Source: Paludibacteraceae bacterium
GTDB lineage: Bacteria; Bacteroidota; Bacteroidia; Bacteroidales; Paludibacteraceae
DNA: 64,000 nt
Direction of reading: 5' to 3'
Assembly (NCBI GenBank): GCA_024401645.1
Contig: JAKSKR010000003.1
Location: forward strand, 11,064 to 75,063
The number at the start of each line of letters is the position of its first letter. Positions within the stretch are counted from its first letter, which is position 1. The translations under genes and the position numbers were made by a program. The notes under the pieces were generated by a model. It made no database searches. It was not told the DNA's origin and was given only the letters and a program-made list of their open reading frames with translations. This document shows, in pieces, positions 46,305 to 55,052 of the stretch.

Positions 46305-47381
46305 ATGAGCAACACATTCGGTAACATATTCAAGATTACCACATTTGGCGAAAGCCATGGCGTGGCTGTTGGTGGCATCATCGACGGTGTTCCGGCAGGT
46401 CTAGTCCTCGACGAGGCTTTCATTCAAAGCGAACTCGACCGTCGTAAACCCGGTCAGAGTGCCATTACCACTGGACGCAAGGAAGGCGACAAGGTCGAAT
46501 TCCTTTCTGGCGTTTACGAGGGTAAGTGCACAGGCACTCCGCTTGCTTTCGAGGTGCGCAACACCAACCAGCATTCTAACGACTACGACGAGATGAAGAC
46601 GGTTTTCCGCCCATCTCATGCCGACTATACCTATACTTCTAAATATGGTTTCCGCGACCATCGTGGCGGTGGTCGTTCAAGTGCGCGCGAAACCCTTTCG
46701 CGTGTGGTTGGCGGTGCCATTGCCAAGTTGGCGCTTAAGCAGTTGGGCATCACCGTGCAGGCCTACACTTCGCAGGTTGGCAATTTGGTGGTCGAAACTC
46801 CATACAATCTGCTCGACCTTTCATTAACCGAAAGCAATGCCGTTCGTTGTCCCGATGTGGAAATGGCTGCGCAGATGGAAGAACTCATTAAGCAGGTAAA
46901 GGCCGATGGCGATACTATTGGAGGTGTCATCACTTGTGTGGCAAAGGGTGTGCCTGTTGGTTTAGGCGAACCTGCCTTTGGCAAGCTGCATGCCATGTTG
47001 GGTAACGCCATGTTGTCTATCAATGCTTGCAAGGGCTTCGAATATGGTATGGGCTTTGCGGGTGTTGGCATGCGTGGTTCGCAAGTTAACGACATCTTCA
47101 CGGGTAAGGATGGTCACGTCCGCACGTTGACCAACTATTCTGGTGGCATACAGGGTGGTATTTCTAACGGAGAAGATATTTATTTCCGTTGTGCTTTCAA
47201 GCCTATTGCTACGCTGTTGCGTGAGCAGGCTACCGTCGACTTGAATGGTAACGAGGCTAGCATTAAGGCACGCGGCCGTCACGATCCGTGCGTTTTGCCA
47301 CGTGCAGTGCCTATTGTCGAAGCTATGGCTGCCATGACGTTGCTCGATGCTTACCTCATGAACAAGTGTACACATATTTAA
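46305..47381 (+). CDS. aroC: Chorismate synthase
   Basis: [19 protein letters not shown]...GRSSARET...RHDPCV signatures. 358 aa. Confidence 0.95.
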   Translation: MSNTFGNIFKITTFGESHGVAVGGIIDGVPAGLVLDEAFIQSELDRRKPGQSAITTGRKEGDKVEFLSGVYEGKCTGTPLAFEVRNTNQHSNDYDEMKTVFRPSHADYTYTSKYGFRDHRGGGRSSARETLSRVVGGAIAKLALKQLGITVQAYTSQVGNLVVETPYNLLDLSLTESNAVRCPDVEMAAQMEELIKQVKADGDTIGGVITCVAKGVPVGLGEPAFGKLHAMLGNAMLSINACKGFEYGMGFAGVGMRGSQVNDIFTGKDGHVRTLTNYSGGIQGGISNGEDIYFRCAFKPIATLLREQATVDLNGNEASIKARGRHDPCVLPRAVPIVEAMAAMTLLDAYLMNKCTHI

Positions 47382-47438
47382 ATGTTGTGTCCTCTTCTTT
47401 TAACGTGTTGACAGTTGGTCTTTTAAATAATTTTTAAT

Positions 47439-47446
47439 TATCTTTG
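47439..47446 (+). promoter_or_regulatory. Candidate -7 box (TATCTTTG) for the OMP gene
   Basis: Exact TAnnTTTG 32 nt upstream of ATG 47479. Confidence 0.45.
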
Positions 47447-47478
47447 TCAGTACGCTTTATAAATAAGTAATTTCTAAT

Positions 47479-48378
47479 ATGAAAAAGAGAATTGTTGTAT
47501 TGGGTTTCTTGGTTGCACAGACTGCTTCTTTGTTTGCAACTGTTGAAGATGCTACAAGCGCTACTGCTGAAACTCCAGTACTTGCGGTAGAAGACACTGT
47601 TAAGACTATAAGCGAAGCTCCTGTTGATACCACCAACTACTTCGACGAAAATAACGATATTATTGAAATGGATGCCCAAAAGGCACTGCCGGAATATCGT
47701 TGGACAACTATCGGTGTAACACTCGGTGGCGGTGTTTCTTATTACAATAGCACCCCAGCTAACAACCACAATGTACCTTGCATTCGTGGTGGTTTGAATT
47801 TCGACATCCCTGTCGGTCAGTGGTTCTCTATCCAGCCCGAATTGCTCTTCTCTACCCGTGGTGGTGGCTATGCTCAAATGGGTGTTAAAAAGACGACTAA
47901 TAAGGTTAATGACCCTGGCAAGCCTTACGAATATGACGTTGTAGACCATCTCTTCTATTTCGATGTGCCTATCAATGTTAAGCTCAGCAAGCGTATGAAC
48001 TTCTCTCGCGAAACCACTGGTCGTGCCTATATTTCTGCCGGTCCTGTTCTCAGCTTGGGTGTTTTCGCAAAAGACGAGGCTGAACTTTGGAACGGAAGGA
48101 AAAAGGTTAATGCTTTCGTAAATGAGCTTAACGCTCCTGGTCACGAATGGGAACATGCTCTATACCGCAATTTCGACTTCGGCTTTAATTTCCGTTTAGG
48201 TTACGATTTCGACTTTGAGTGGTCGTTTGCCTTAGGTTACCAAATGGGTTTGGTTAACTTGTTTAACGACTCAAAGTTCGATGCTAGCGAAGCTGATTAT
48301 TACAAAAAGACATATAGCGAGTCTTACCCTTCTTTGAAGAACAACTCTTTGTATGTTACAGTTGGTTACCGTTGGTAA
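47479..48378 (+). CDS. Outer-membrane beta-barrel (porin-family/OmpW-like) protein
   Basis: Signal peptide, alternating beta-strand pattern, and a C-terminal ...SLYVTVGYRW aromatic terminus typical of OM barrels. Confidence 0.7.
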   Translation: MKKRIVVLGFLVAQTASLFATVEDATSATAETPVLAVEDTVKTISEAPVDTTNYFDENNDIIEMDAQKALPEYRWTTIGVTLGGGVSYYNSTPANNHNVPCIRGGLNFDIPVGQWFSIQPELLFSTRGGGYAQMGVKKTTNKVNDPGKPYEYDVVDHLFYFDVPINVKLSKRMNFSRETTGRAYISAGPVLSLGVFAKDEAELWNGRKKVNAFVNELNAPGHEWEHALYRNFDFGFNFRLGYDFDFEWSFALGYQMGLVNLFNDSKFDASEADYYKKTYSESYPSLKNNSLYVTVGYRW

Positions 48379-48400
48379 ATCTTTTTTTAACGCATATATG

Positions 48401-48436
48401 ACGGAATCCGCAGTTGTGGATTCCGTTTGTTTTTTA
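48401..48436 (+). terminator. Rho-independent terminator of the OMP gene
   Basis: acggaatcc (48401-48409) pairs with ggattccgt (48418-48426), followed by ttgtttttt. Confidence 0.8.
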
Positions 48437-48450
48437 CATAGAAACAATAA

Positions 48451-49794
48451 ATGGCTATACCTATGATGAATTGGAAACAGCTCTTGTCTACCAAGCGTTT
48501 CGGATTGGAGCATCTCGACCAAAGTAATCCCGATCGCACTGAATTCCAGCGCGACTACGACCGTCTAATCTTCTCGCCAACCTTCCGCCGGTTGCAGAAC
48601 AAGACACAGGTGTTCCCCTTGCCAGGCAACATTTTCGTACACAACCGCCTTACGCATAGCCTCGAGGTTAGTTGTGTGGGCAGGTCGCTGGGCGAACGTG
48701 TAAGCCATTTCTTAAGTGACAAGTATGGTGCCGAAGGTGGACCGTTTATCGGTGAATTGGGGGCTGTGGTCAGTGCCGGTTGTTTGGCGCACGACTTGGG
48801 TAATCCGCCTTTCGGTCATTCGGGCGAGAAGGCTATCGCCAGCTTCTTTAGCGAGGGAAATGGTTTTTCGCTTAAGGAAAAATATAAGTTGACCGATGCC
48901 GAGTGGGACGATATTGTCAACTTCGAGGGTAATTCTAATGCGCTTCGTTTGTTGACGCATCAGTTTGTTGGGCACCGTGCTGGCGGATTTGTTCTTACTT
49001 ATTCAACTCTTGCCTCTATTGTAAAATATCCTTGGGAATCGCCTTACATACAAAAACTTAAGAAACATAAGTTCGGATTCTTCCAAAGTGAGAAGGAGGG
49101 CTACAGGCGCATTGCTAATGAGTTGGGTATCATAGAAATTGAGCCTGGCCGTTTTGCACGGCACCCGCTGGTTTACTTGGTCGAGGCTGCCGACGACATC
49201 TGTTACGAAATTATGGATATTGAAGATGCACACAAGTTGCGCATCCTTTCTACCGAAGAAACCATAAACCTCATGTTGGCGTTCTTCGACGAGGAACGTC
49301 AGGCTCACCGTCGCGAACACATGAAGGATATTGCCGATGTGAACGAGCAGATTGCCTATTTGCGCAGTAGCGTGGTGGGTGAGTTGGTAAGGGAATGTTC
49401 GCGCGTCTTCATCGAAAACGAGGAGGACATCTTGAATGGGAAGTTCGAAGGTAGCCTTATAAACAGTGTTGCCGAAAGGGTATTGAATGCCTACAAGACG
49501 TGCTCAAAGGTGTCGTTCGACAAGATTTACCAGTCACAAGCGGTGGTCGATATCGAGATTGCCGGTTATAATATCATTTATACCCTTATCGACCGTTTGG
49601 TCAATGCGGCTTTCCAACCCAAGAAGGCCTATTCGCAACAGTTGCTTTTCCGCGTGCCTAATCAGTACGATATGTATGCCGAAAAGCCTTACGATCGCAT
49701 TTTGGCGGTGCTCGACTATGTGTCTAGCATGACCGACATCTATGCGCTCGACCTCTACCAGAAAATTACGGGCATGAGTTTGCCTAACTTATAG
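48451..49794 (+). CDS. dgt: dGTP triphosphohydrolase-like HD-domain protein
   Basis: ...FQRDYDRLIFS..FRRLQNKTQVF......HNRLTHSLEV...GCLAHDLGNPPFGHSGE... The start could instead be the Met at 48466 (MNWKQLLS). Confidence 0.9.
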   Translation: MAIPMMNWKQLLSTKRFGLEHLDQSNPDRTEFQRDYDRLIFSPTFRRLQNKTQVFPLPGNIFVHNRLTHSLEVSCVGRSLGERVSHFLSDKYGAEGGPFIGELGAVVSAGCLAHDLGNPPFGHSGEKAIASFFSEGNGFSLKEKYKLTDAEWDDIVNFEGNSNALRLLTHQFVGHRAGGFVLTYSTLASIVKYPWESPYIQKLKKHKFGFFQSEKEGYRRIANELGIIEIEPGRFARHPLVYLVEAADDICYEIMDIEDAHKLRILSTEETINLMLAFFDEERQAHRREHMKDIADVNEQIAYLRSSVVGELVRECSRVFIENEEDILNGKFEGSLINSVAERVLNAYKTCSKVSFDKIYQSQAVVDIEIAGYNIIYTLIDRLVNAAFQPKKAYSQQLLFRVPNQYDMYAEKPYDRILAVLDYVSSMTDIYALDLYQKITGMSLPNL

Positions 49795-49888
49795 GGTGTG
49801 TTTGGCCATAACGTGTTTTTATTGGTATAATACCGTTCAACTATAACCCTTTTTGCCGTATTTTTGCATAAAATTTCAAATAGAAGAG

Positions 49889-51430
49889 ATGATAACTTTT
49901 TTAACGGCTCTTGCCCTCCTAATCTTGGGCTATGTTATTTACGGAGCATTTGTAGAAAAGGTGTTCGGCGCCGATAAGGACCGCCAGACTCCTGCTTACG
50001 AGAAACAAGATGGCATTGATTATTTGCCAATGCCTTCTTGGAAGGTTTTCCTAATTCAATTCTTGAATATTGCCGGCACAGGCCCTATCTTCGGTGCCAT
50101 TCAAGGTATCTTGTTTGGACCTGCGGCCTATTTCTGGATTGTCTTGGGTTGCATTTTTGGTGGTGCTACTCACGACTATTTGGCTGGTATGATTAGCTTG
50201 CGCAAGGGTGGTGCTAGTTTGCCCGAAGTGGTTGGTGCCGAGTTGGGCTCTGCTGGCCGTTTCTCAATGCGTTTCATATCGCTTTTGCTCATGGTCATGG
50301 TGGGTGCAGTTTTCGTAACCACACCTGCTAGTCTGCTCGATGACTTATGCCCTATGCAGAATTTTTTTGGTGGTTCTGCATGGCCTTTTGTTATTTTCTT
50401 CTACTACATTTTGGCCACTCTTTTGCCAATCGATGCGTTAATCGGGCGTGTTTACCCATTGTTTGGTGTAGCCCTCATCTTCATGGCAATTGGCGTGTTG
50501 TTCGGCGTCGTTACGCAAGCGGGCTCATTGCCCGAAATTACCGAGGCTTTCACTAACCATCATCCAAAGAGTATAGGTTTGTTCCCTGGCTTGTGCATTA
50601 CCATTGCGTGTGGTGCGGTTAGTGGTTTCCATGCAACCCAAAGCCCTATGATGGCGCGTTGCCTTAAGAACGAGAAACTTGGCCGCCCTGTGTTCTATGG
50701 GGCTATGATTACCGAAGGTTTGGTGGCGCTCATCTGGGCTGCGGCTGCCATCAAGTTTGCCGATTCTTTGCCTGGCGATGGCACTCCTTACGAAAGGTTG
50801 TTGCAGGCAATGACTGGTGCCGATGGCAAGATTAATCCGGCAATTGTGGTCAATACCATCTGTAGCAGTTGGTTAGGAACGGTTGGTGCCTTCTTGGCTG
50901 TCTTGGGTGTTGTGGCTGCGCCTATCACTTCTGGCGATACTGCGTTCCGTGCTGCTCGACTCATTACTGCCGACTTCATGAACTTCAAGCAAGACACTGT
51001 TGTTCGCCGTTTAATCTTGGCAGTGCCTTTGTTCGTTATTGCGGCTATCTTAATGGTGGTAGACTTCTCGGTTCTTTGGCGTTACTTCGCTTGGCTGAAC
51101 CAGACTTTGTCTATTTTCACATTCTGGGCAATAACCTTGTGGCTCTATAAGATCAACAAGCCTTACATCATAACCTTGATTCCTGCCTTGTGGATGACTT
51201 GTGTGTGCACAACATTCATCATGCAGTCTGGCGAGGGATTCTCTATGTTGTTCCACAACCAGGTAGACCATCCTTCTCTCTACATCGAACAGTGGCCTCT
51301 AATTGCCAACTTCATTGGCTTTGCTGTTACCGCGGCTTTGTTGGCTTTGTTCGTTAAGTTTATGAAGAACAATCCGGTTTCTTCTTTGCCAAAGGCACAA
51401 GAAAACGGAGTTTCTAACGTTAATAACTAA
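49889..51430 (+). CDS. cstA: Carbon starvation protein A (CstA family peptide/pyruvate transporter)
   Basis: 513-aa polytopic protein with ...FLIQFLNIAGTGPIFGAIQG...GGATHDY...GFHATQSPMMARC. I place the start at ATG 49889. Confidence 0.88.
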   Translation: MITFLTALALLILGYVIYGAFVEKVFGADKDRQTPAYEKQDGIDYLPMPSWKVFLIQFLNIAGTGPIFGAIQGILFGPAAYFWIVLGCIFGGATHDYLAGMISLRKGGASLPEVVGAELGSAGRFSMRFISLLLMVMVGAVFVTTPASLLDDLCPMQNFFGGSAWPFVIFFYYILATLLPIDALIGRVYPLFGVALIFMAIGVLFGVVTQAGSLPEITEAFTNHHPKSIGLFPGLCITIACGAVSGFHATQSPMMARCLKNEKLGRPVFYGAMITEGLVALIWAAAAIKFADSLPGDGTPYERLLQAMTGADGKINPAIVVNTICSSWLGTVGAFLAVLGVVAAPITSGDTAFRAARLITADFMNFKQDTVVRRLILAVPLFVIAAILMVVDFSVLWRYFAWLNQTLSIFTFWAITLWLYKINKPYIITLIPALWMTCVCTTFIMQSGEGFSMLFHNQVDHPSLYIEQWPLIANFIGFAVTAALLALFVKFMKNNPVSSLPKAQENGVSNVNN

Positions 51431-51470
51431 TGATAGTCAGTGCTATTTTTTGAAAAAAAGATAATTAGAT

Positions 51471-52739
51471 ATGAATTTTAAATCGTACCTATTGGTGTCG
51501 CTCGCTTCTATGGCTTTGGTGAATGTAAGCTGTAAAAAGGACGACAAGGATGAAAACAAGTATGCTAAAACCGATCCCCGAATCGAAACTGTAATGGTTC
51601 GTGGGGTGACTACGACTTTTATTGTTAACGAGGTCGAACATCTTATTTTCAATTACGATTCCCTCCCATACGGTACCGATATCACTTCCAAGGTTATCTC
51701 TTTTTACGGATACGATGCTGCCCCTAGCATTCAGGTCTTTAAGAATGGTGCTTGGGTAGATTTCCCTAACAATGGAGCTGATTCTACCAAACTCGATTTG
51801 ACTAATTTGAAAATCCGCACCCTCTCGGTCGATGGTTCAAACTCTTACGAATATACACTTGATGTAAGGGTGCATAAGTTCGATGCTAGTGCGTTCAACT
51901 GGACAGCGGCTTCTTCTTTGCCTGTTGTAGGCGATGTGGCTTCTTCTCGTTCGGTTTATGTTGCAGGTAACATCCACTATTTCTATACCAATACGCTTGG
52001 CGAAAGCTATGTACTTTCGTCTGCCGATGGCGAAAAGTGGACTTCTACGGCATTGAGTGGTACTTTCAATTGGTCAAGCCTTACGGCGCTCAACTCTAAA
52101 TGCGCATTGATAGGCGAAGATGGTATCCTTTTGCTTGATCCTGCCAATGGCTTTACTAGTGAAACTGTGGCAAACGATGCAAACCTGAAGGATTTGCTTT
52201 TCTTCTATGGCAATAAGTATTGGGCTGTTAGCGATGACGCCCTTTATGCAACTGCTAGCCTCGATTCTTCATTTGAAAAGGTTGCAGATTTGCCGGTTGG
52301 TTTCCCTACTGGCAAACTTTCTAGTTTAGTGTCTCTTACAGGAACAAAGACGCAGATTGGTTACATTTATGGTAACGATGGCAGGAAGGCTTCTTTGTGG
52401 GCTGTCGACGAGTATGGCAACCTATTGCAGATTACGACTACCGATAAGGGTAACTTGCCGGTTCTCAATGGCGCTGCCTTGGTGTCGGTCAGTGGCGAAA
52501 TTGGTTTAGTTGGTGGCACTAGTGTCGATGGTTCTCTCTGTTCTACCTATTACTCTTCTAGCAATTCTGGCTTGTCTTGGTCTGACAATTGGCACAAGTC
52601 TTTGCCTGAAGCTATTGGCTCTGTTTCTAACATTGGTGCATTCTCTGTTTCCAACAGCAAGTTGGTTCTTGTTGGTGGCGACAATGCCAAGGGTCCATCG
52701 CTCTCTGTTTGGAACGCAGTGCTGAAGGGTGCAAAGTAA
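51471..52739 (+). CDS. Hypothetical lipoprotein, beta-propeller-like repeats suspected
   Basis: Lipobox LVNVSC. The second half has repeated ...G.IY.....G......W....G... segments. No named family is asserted. Confidence 0.6.
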   Translation: MNFKSYLLVSLASMALVNVSCKKDDKDENKYAKTDPRIETVMVRGVTTTFIVNEVEHLIFNYDSLPYGTDITSKVISFYGYDAAPSIQVFKNGAWVDFPNNGADSTKLDLTNLKIRTLSVDGSNSYEYTLDVRVHKFDASAFNWTAASSLPVVGDVASSRSVYVAGNIHYFYTNTLGESYVLSSADGEKWTSTALSGTFNWSSLTALNSKCALIGEDGILLLDPANGFTSETVANDANLKDLLFFYGNKYWAVSDDALYATASLDSSFEKVADLPVGFPTGKLSSLVSLTGTKTQIGYIYGNDGRKASLWAVDEYGNLLQITTTDKGNLPVLNGAALVSVSGEIGLVGGTSVDGSLCSTYYSSSNSGLSWSDNWHKSLPEAIGSVSNIGAFSVSNSKLVLVGGDNAKGPSLSVWNAVLKGAK

Positions 52740-52762
52740 CAAAACATAATTACTGAATATGT

Positions 52763-52796
52763 AAGGCAACGAGTTCATAGCTCGTTGCCTTTTTTC
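52763..52796 (+). terminator. Rho-independent terminator of the lipoprotein gene
   Basis: aaggcaacgag (52763-52773) pairs with ctcgttgcctt (52781-52791), followed by tttt. Confidence 0.8.
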
Positions 52797-52830
52797 ATTG
52801 CAACGTCAATATCCCTTTTGCAGACTCCAC

Positions 52831-52878
52831 AAAATAAAAGGGCACATCTCAAGCCATTGGCTAAAGATTGTGCCCTTT
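52831..52878 (-). terminator. Terminator hairpin downstream of punA
   Basis: aaagggcaca (52837-52846) pairs with tgtgcccttt (52869-52878), with an inner agcca/tggct stem. The minus strand continues TTTTATTTTG. Confidence 0.75.
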
Positions 52879-52898
52879 CTATTCTATTGTAACGTTGT

Positions 52899-53711
52899 TT
52901 ACAATGCTCTTGCCAACTCGCGGAAGAGGGTTGACAAGTTCTTCTGTGCTTTCAACGAGTTGCGTTGTACGTCTTCGTGGTTGTTTTCAACAACACCCGC
53001 TTCTGCCAAGATGTTTGAAACGACCGAAACACCGAAACACTTAATGCCACACCAGTGTGCAACAATAATTTCGGGCACGGTACTCATACCGCAGGTGTCA
53101 CCACCAATCAAGCGGAAGTACTTGTACTCGGCTACGGTTTCAAATGTAGGTCCTTGTGTTCCCACGTACACACCCTTCTGGTAAGGAATGTCTAGCTTGT
53201 GCGCAATTTCTTCGGCCTTTGCAACGAGGTCGCGGTTATATGCGTTGCTCATGTCTGGGAAACGAACGCCCAATTCATCGATGTTTGGACCGTGAAGTGG
53301 ATGTTCAGGGAACAGGTTGATGTGGTCGGTAATAATCATAATATCACCTGCCTTGAAGTTCTCGTTTAAGCCTCCTGCTGCGTTTGACACAAACAAGTAC
53401 TTAATGCCGAATGCTCTCATCACCTTCTCGGGGAAAGTAATGTCGTCCATGCTGTAACCTTCGTAGAAGTGAAGGCGACCCTGCATGGCCATTACATCCT
53501 TTCCGGCAAGTTTTCCAAATACTAATTGGCCTTTGTGGCCGGCTACTGTGCTGGTCTTGAAATTTGGTATCTCGTTATATGGAATGACGTCTTTTACCTC
53601 TATTTCATCGGCTAGTGCGCCTAATCCAGATCCCAATATGATAGCAATTTCAGGACGCTCCTTGGTCCTATTCTTCAGATATTCGCAAGTACTGTTTATT
53701 TTTGTTAACAT
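52899..53711 (-). CDS. punA: Purine nucleoside phosphorylase (PNP family 2, inosine/guanosine type)
   Basis: ...PEIAIILGSGLGALAD...GHKGQLVFG...MQGRLHFYEGY...VGTQGPTFETVAEYKYFRLIGGDTCGMSTVPE. Confidence 0.92.
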   Translation of the reverse strand: MLTKINSTCEYLKNRTKERPEIAIILGSGLGALADEIEVKDVIPYNEIPNFKTSTVAGHKGQLVFGKLAGKDVMAMQGRLHFYEGYSMDDITFPEKVMRAFGIKYLFVSNAAGGLNENFKAGDIMIITDHINLFPEHPLHGPNIDELGVRFPDMSNAYNRDLVAKAEEIAHKLDIPYQKGVYVGTQGPTFETVAEYKYFRLIGGDTCGMSTVPEIIVAHWCGIKCFGVSVVSNILAEAGVVENNHEDVQRNSLKAQKNLSTLFRELARAL

Positions 53712-54768
53712 AGTCTCTAATTTGTTTGTTGAACAATTCTTCGTTATTTACCAACTCTATTTCTAGTGGTATATAGTAAATTTTCTTTTTCAGTTCCTGT
53801 GGCAGTTTCTCGTCGCACTTCATGCGCATGGCGTCTTTTTCGGTGGTGAGGATGATGCCGTTTGTCAAACCATTCATTTCGTCCGACATCTTCTTGTAGT
53901 TGCGTGCCTTAAAGTTGTGGTGGTCGGCGTAACGCAAGTTGGTGGTCATTTTGCAGATGTTTTGGGCTTCTTGCTCAAACAATTCAGGTTTGGCAATGCC
54001 GCTTACAACAACTGCCGAATGGTTCTTTAGCTCGGTTTCGTCCAGTTCTTCAGCCTCTTCGGGGAAGAGCGGTGTGACCTTTTGGTATTTTATGGTAGTG
54101 AAGTAAAGTGTCTGGTAGGGGTATAGGTTCAACTCCTTGCCAATTATGCGTAACTCTATCGGTTTAACATCTGGTGGACACTTGGTTACCACTACTATGT
54201 TTGCGCGGTCTTTTGCTTTCAACGGCTCCCTCAATCTGCCTATTGGGAAGATGTGGTCGTTGGTGATTAGGTTGTTGTAGTCAACCAGCAGAATGGCAAT
54301 GTCGGGCTTGACGTAGCGGTGTTGAAACGCATCGTCTAGTACCACAACATCGGGTCTTGGCTTCACTTCCTGTATCAGTTTCGAAATGCCGCGTGTGCGT
54401 TTGGCATCAACCGCAACGGCTACATCCGGAAACTTCTGTTTCATCTGGTATGGCTCATCGCCAATTTCCTTAACCGTGCTTTCGGTTGTCGAGAGCAGGT
54501 AGCCGCTGGTCTTGCGTTTGTAACCCCTGCTCAAAATGGCTACATTGTTGTCTTCTTTCAGCATGCGCACAATGTGCTCGGTAAATGGGGTCTTTCCGGT
54601 TCCGCCCATGCTGATGTTCCCTATTGAAATGACAGTGAGGTGCTCGAACTTTCTTTGACTAAAAAGGCCTATTTCAAATAGCCAGTTGCGTATGCTGGTT
54701 CCCAACCAATAGAGGAATGCTATTGGCATTAATAATATTTTTATGGGTAGTGGCTTGTCGTTTGTCAT
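53668..54768 (-). CDS. lpxK: Tetraacyldisaccharide 4'-kinase
   Basis: ...VISIGNISMGGTGKTPFTEHIV...SRGYKRK...GDEP...DDAFQHR. The 3' end overlaps the punA start by 44 nt. Confidence 0.9.
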   Translation of the reverse strand: MTNDKPLPIKILLMPIAFLYWLGTSIRNWLFEIGLFSQRKFEHLTVISIGNISMGGTGKTPFTEHIVRMLKEDNNVAILSRGYKRKTSGYLLSTTESTVKEIGDEPYQMKQKFPDVAVAVDAKRTRGISKLIQEVKPRPDVVVLDDAFQHRYVKPDIAILLVDYNNLITNDHIFPIGRLREPLKAKDRANIVVVTKCPPDVKPIELRIIGKELNLYPYQTLYFTTIKYQKVTPLFPEEAEELDETELKNHSAVVVSGIAKPELFEQEAQNICKMTTNLRYADHHNFKARNYKKMSDEMNGLTNGIILTTEKDAMRMKCDEKLPQELKKKIYYIPLEIELVNNEELFNKQIRDYVNKNKQYLRISEE

Positions 54769-54867
54769 AAGCGCTTTATGTCTTTTTTGTTCTAAGATGT
54801 CCCTTGTCTTTTTTAGAGATTACTTAAAGTTAGCTTTTATTTGTCCTCTTTGCAAATGTTTCTATTA

Positions 54868-55045
54868 AGAAGCTGTTTAAATTTTTTTATTGGCGAATTT
54901 TATGAGAGATTTTTTAGGATAGTTTGAATGGTTTAGAAAGGAGCAATGGAAACTCCATTGTGACTGAAAAACCATTCAAAATAGACAAAAAAGATCCATA
55001 AAATGCCCAATAAGAATTCTTTCGTAAAATTTTTAAATAGCTTCT
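54868..55045. repeat. Long imperfect palindromic intergenic element (arms about 67 and 77 nt around a small central hairpin)
   Basis: Arm 54868-54934 versus the reverse complement of 54969-55045. Perfect blocks: tttgaatggttt/aaaccattcaaa (12 bp), tttttt/aaaaaa, attttatg/cataaaat, attgg/ccaat, agaagct.tttaaa/tttaaa.agcttct. Central hairpin caatgga-aac-tccattg at 54944-54960. Confidence 0.8.
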
Positions 55046-55052
55046 AAAAGTT
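55030..55052 (+). repeat. Left copy of the 23-bp direct repeat bracketing the kinase/receiver module
   Basis: TTTTTAAATAGCTTCTAAAAGTT is 20/23 identical to 57908-57930. It contains the stop codon (cta, 55044-55046) of the receiver gene. Confidence 0.8.

Noticed and set aside
45777-48156. Antisense ORFs 45777..46358 (193 aa), 46763..47375 and 47434..48156 (240 aa)
   Set aside because: They lie opposite well-supported slyD, aroC and OMP genes. The translations lack motifs, and 45777..46358 is driven by the GC-rich Cys/Gly-tail codons.
52899-53711. Purine nucleoside phosphorylase gene near the kinase/receiver module, considered as a possible Detocs-like PNP effector
   Set aside because: It is a full-length housekeeping family-2 PNP with no receiver domain. 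It is separated from the module by lpxK and by the palindromic/terminator element, and it overlaps lpxK as part of that operon.
53668-53711. 44-nt overlap between the lpxK 3' end and the punA 5' end
   Set aside because: It looks genuine, since the punA N-terminus has the right length before ILGSGLG and there is no alternative start. However, out-of-frame overlaps of this size are ordinary in compact operons, so I do not treat it as a finding.
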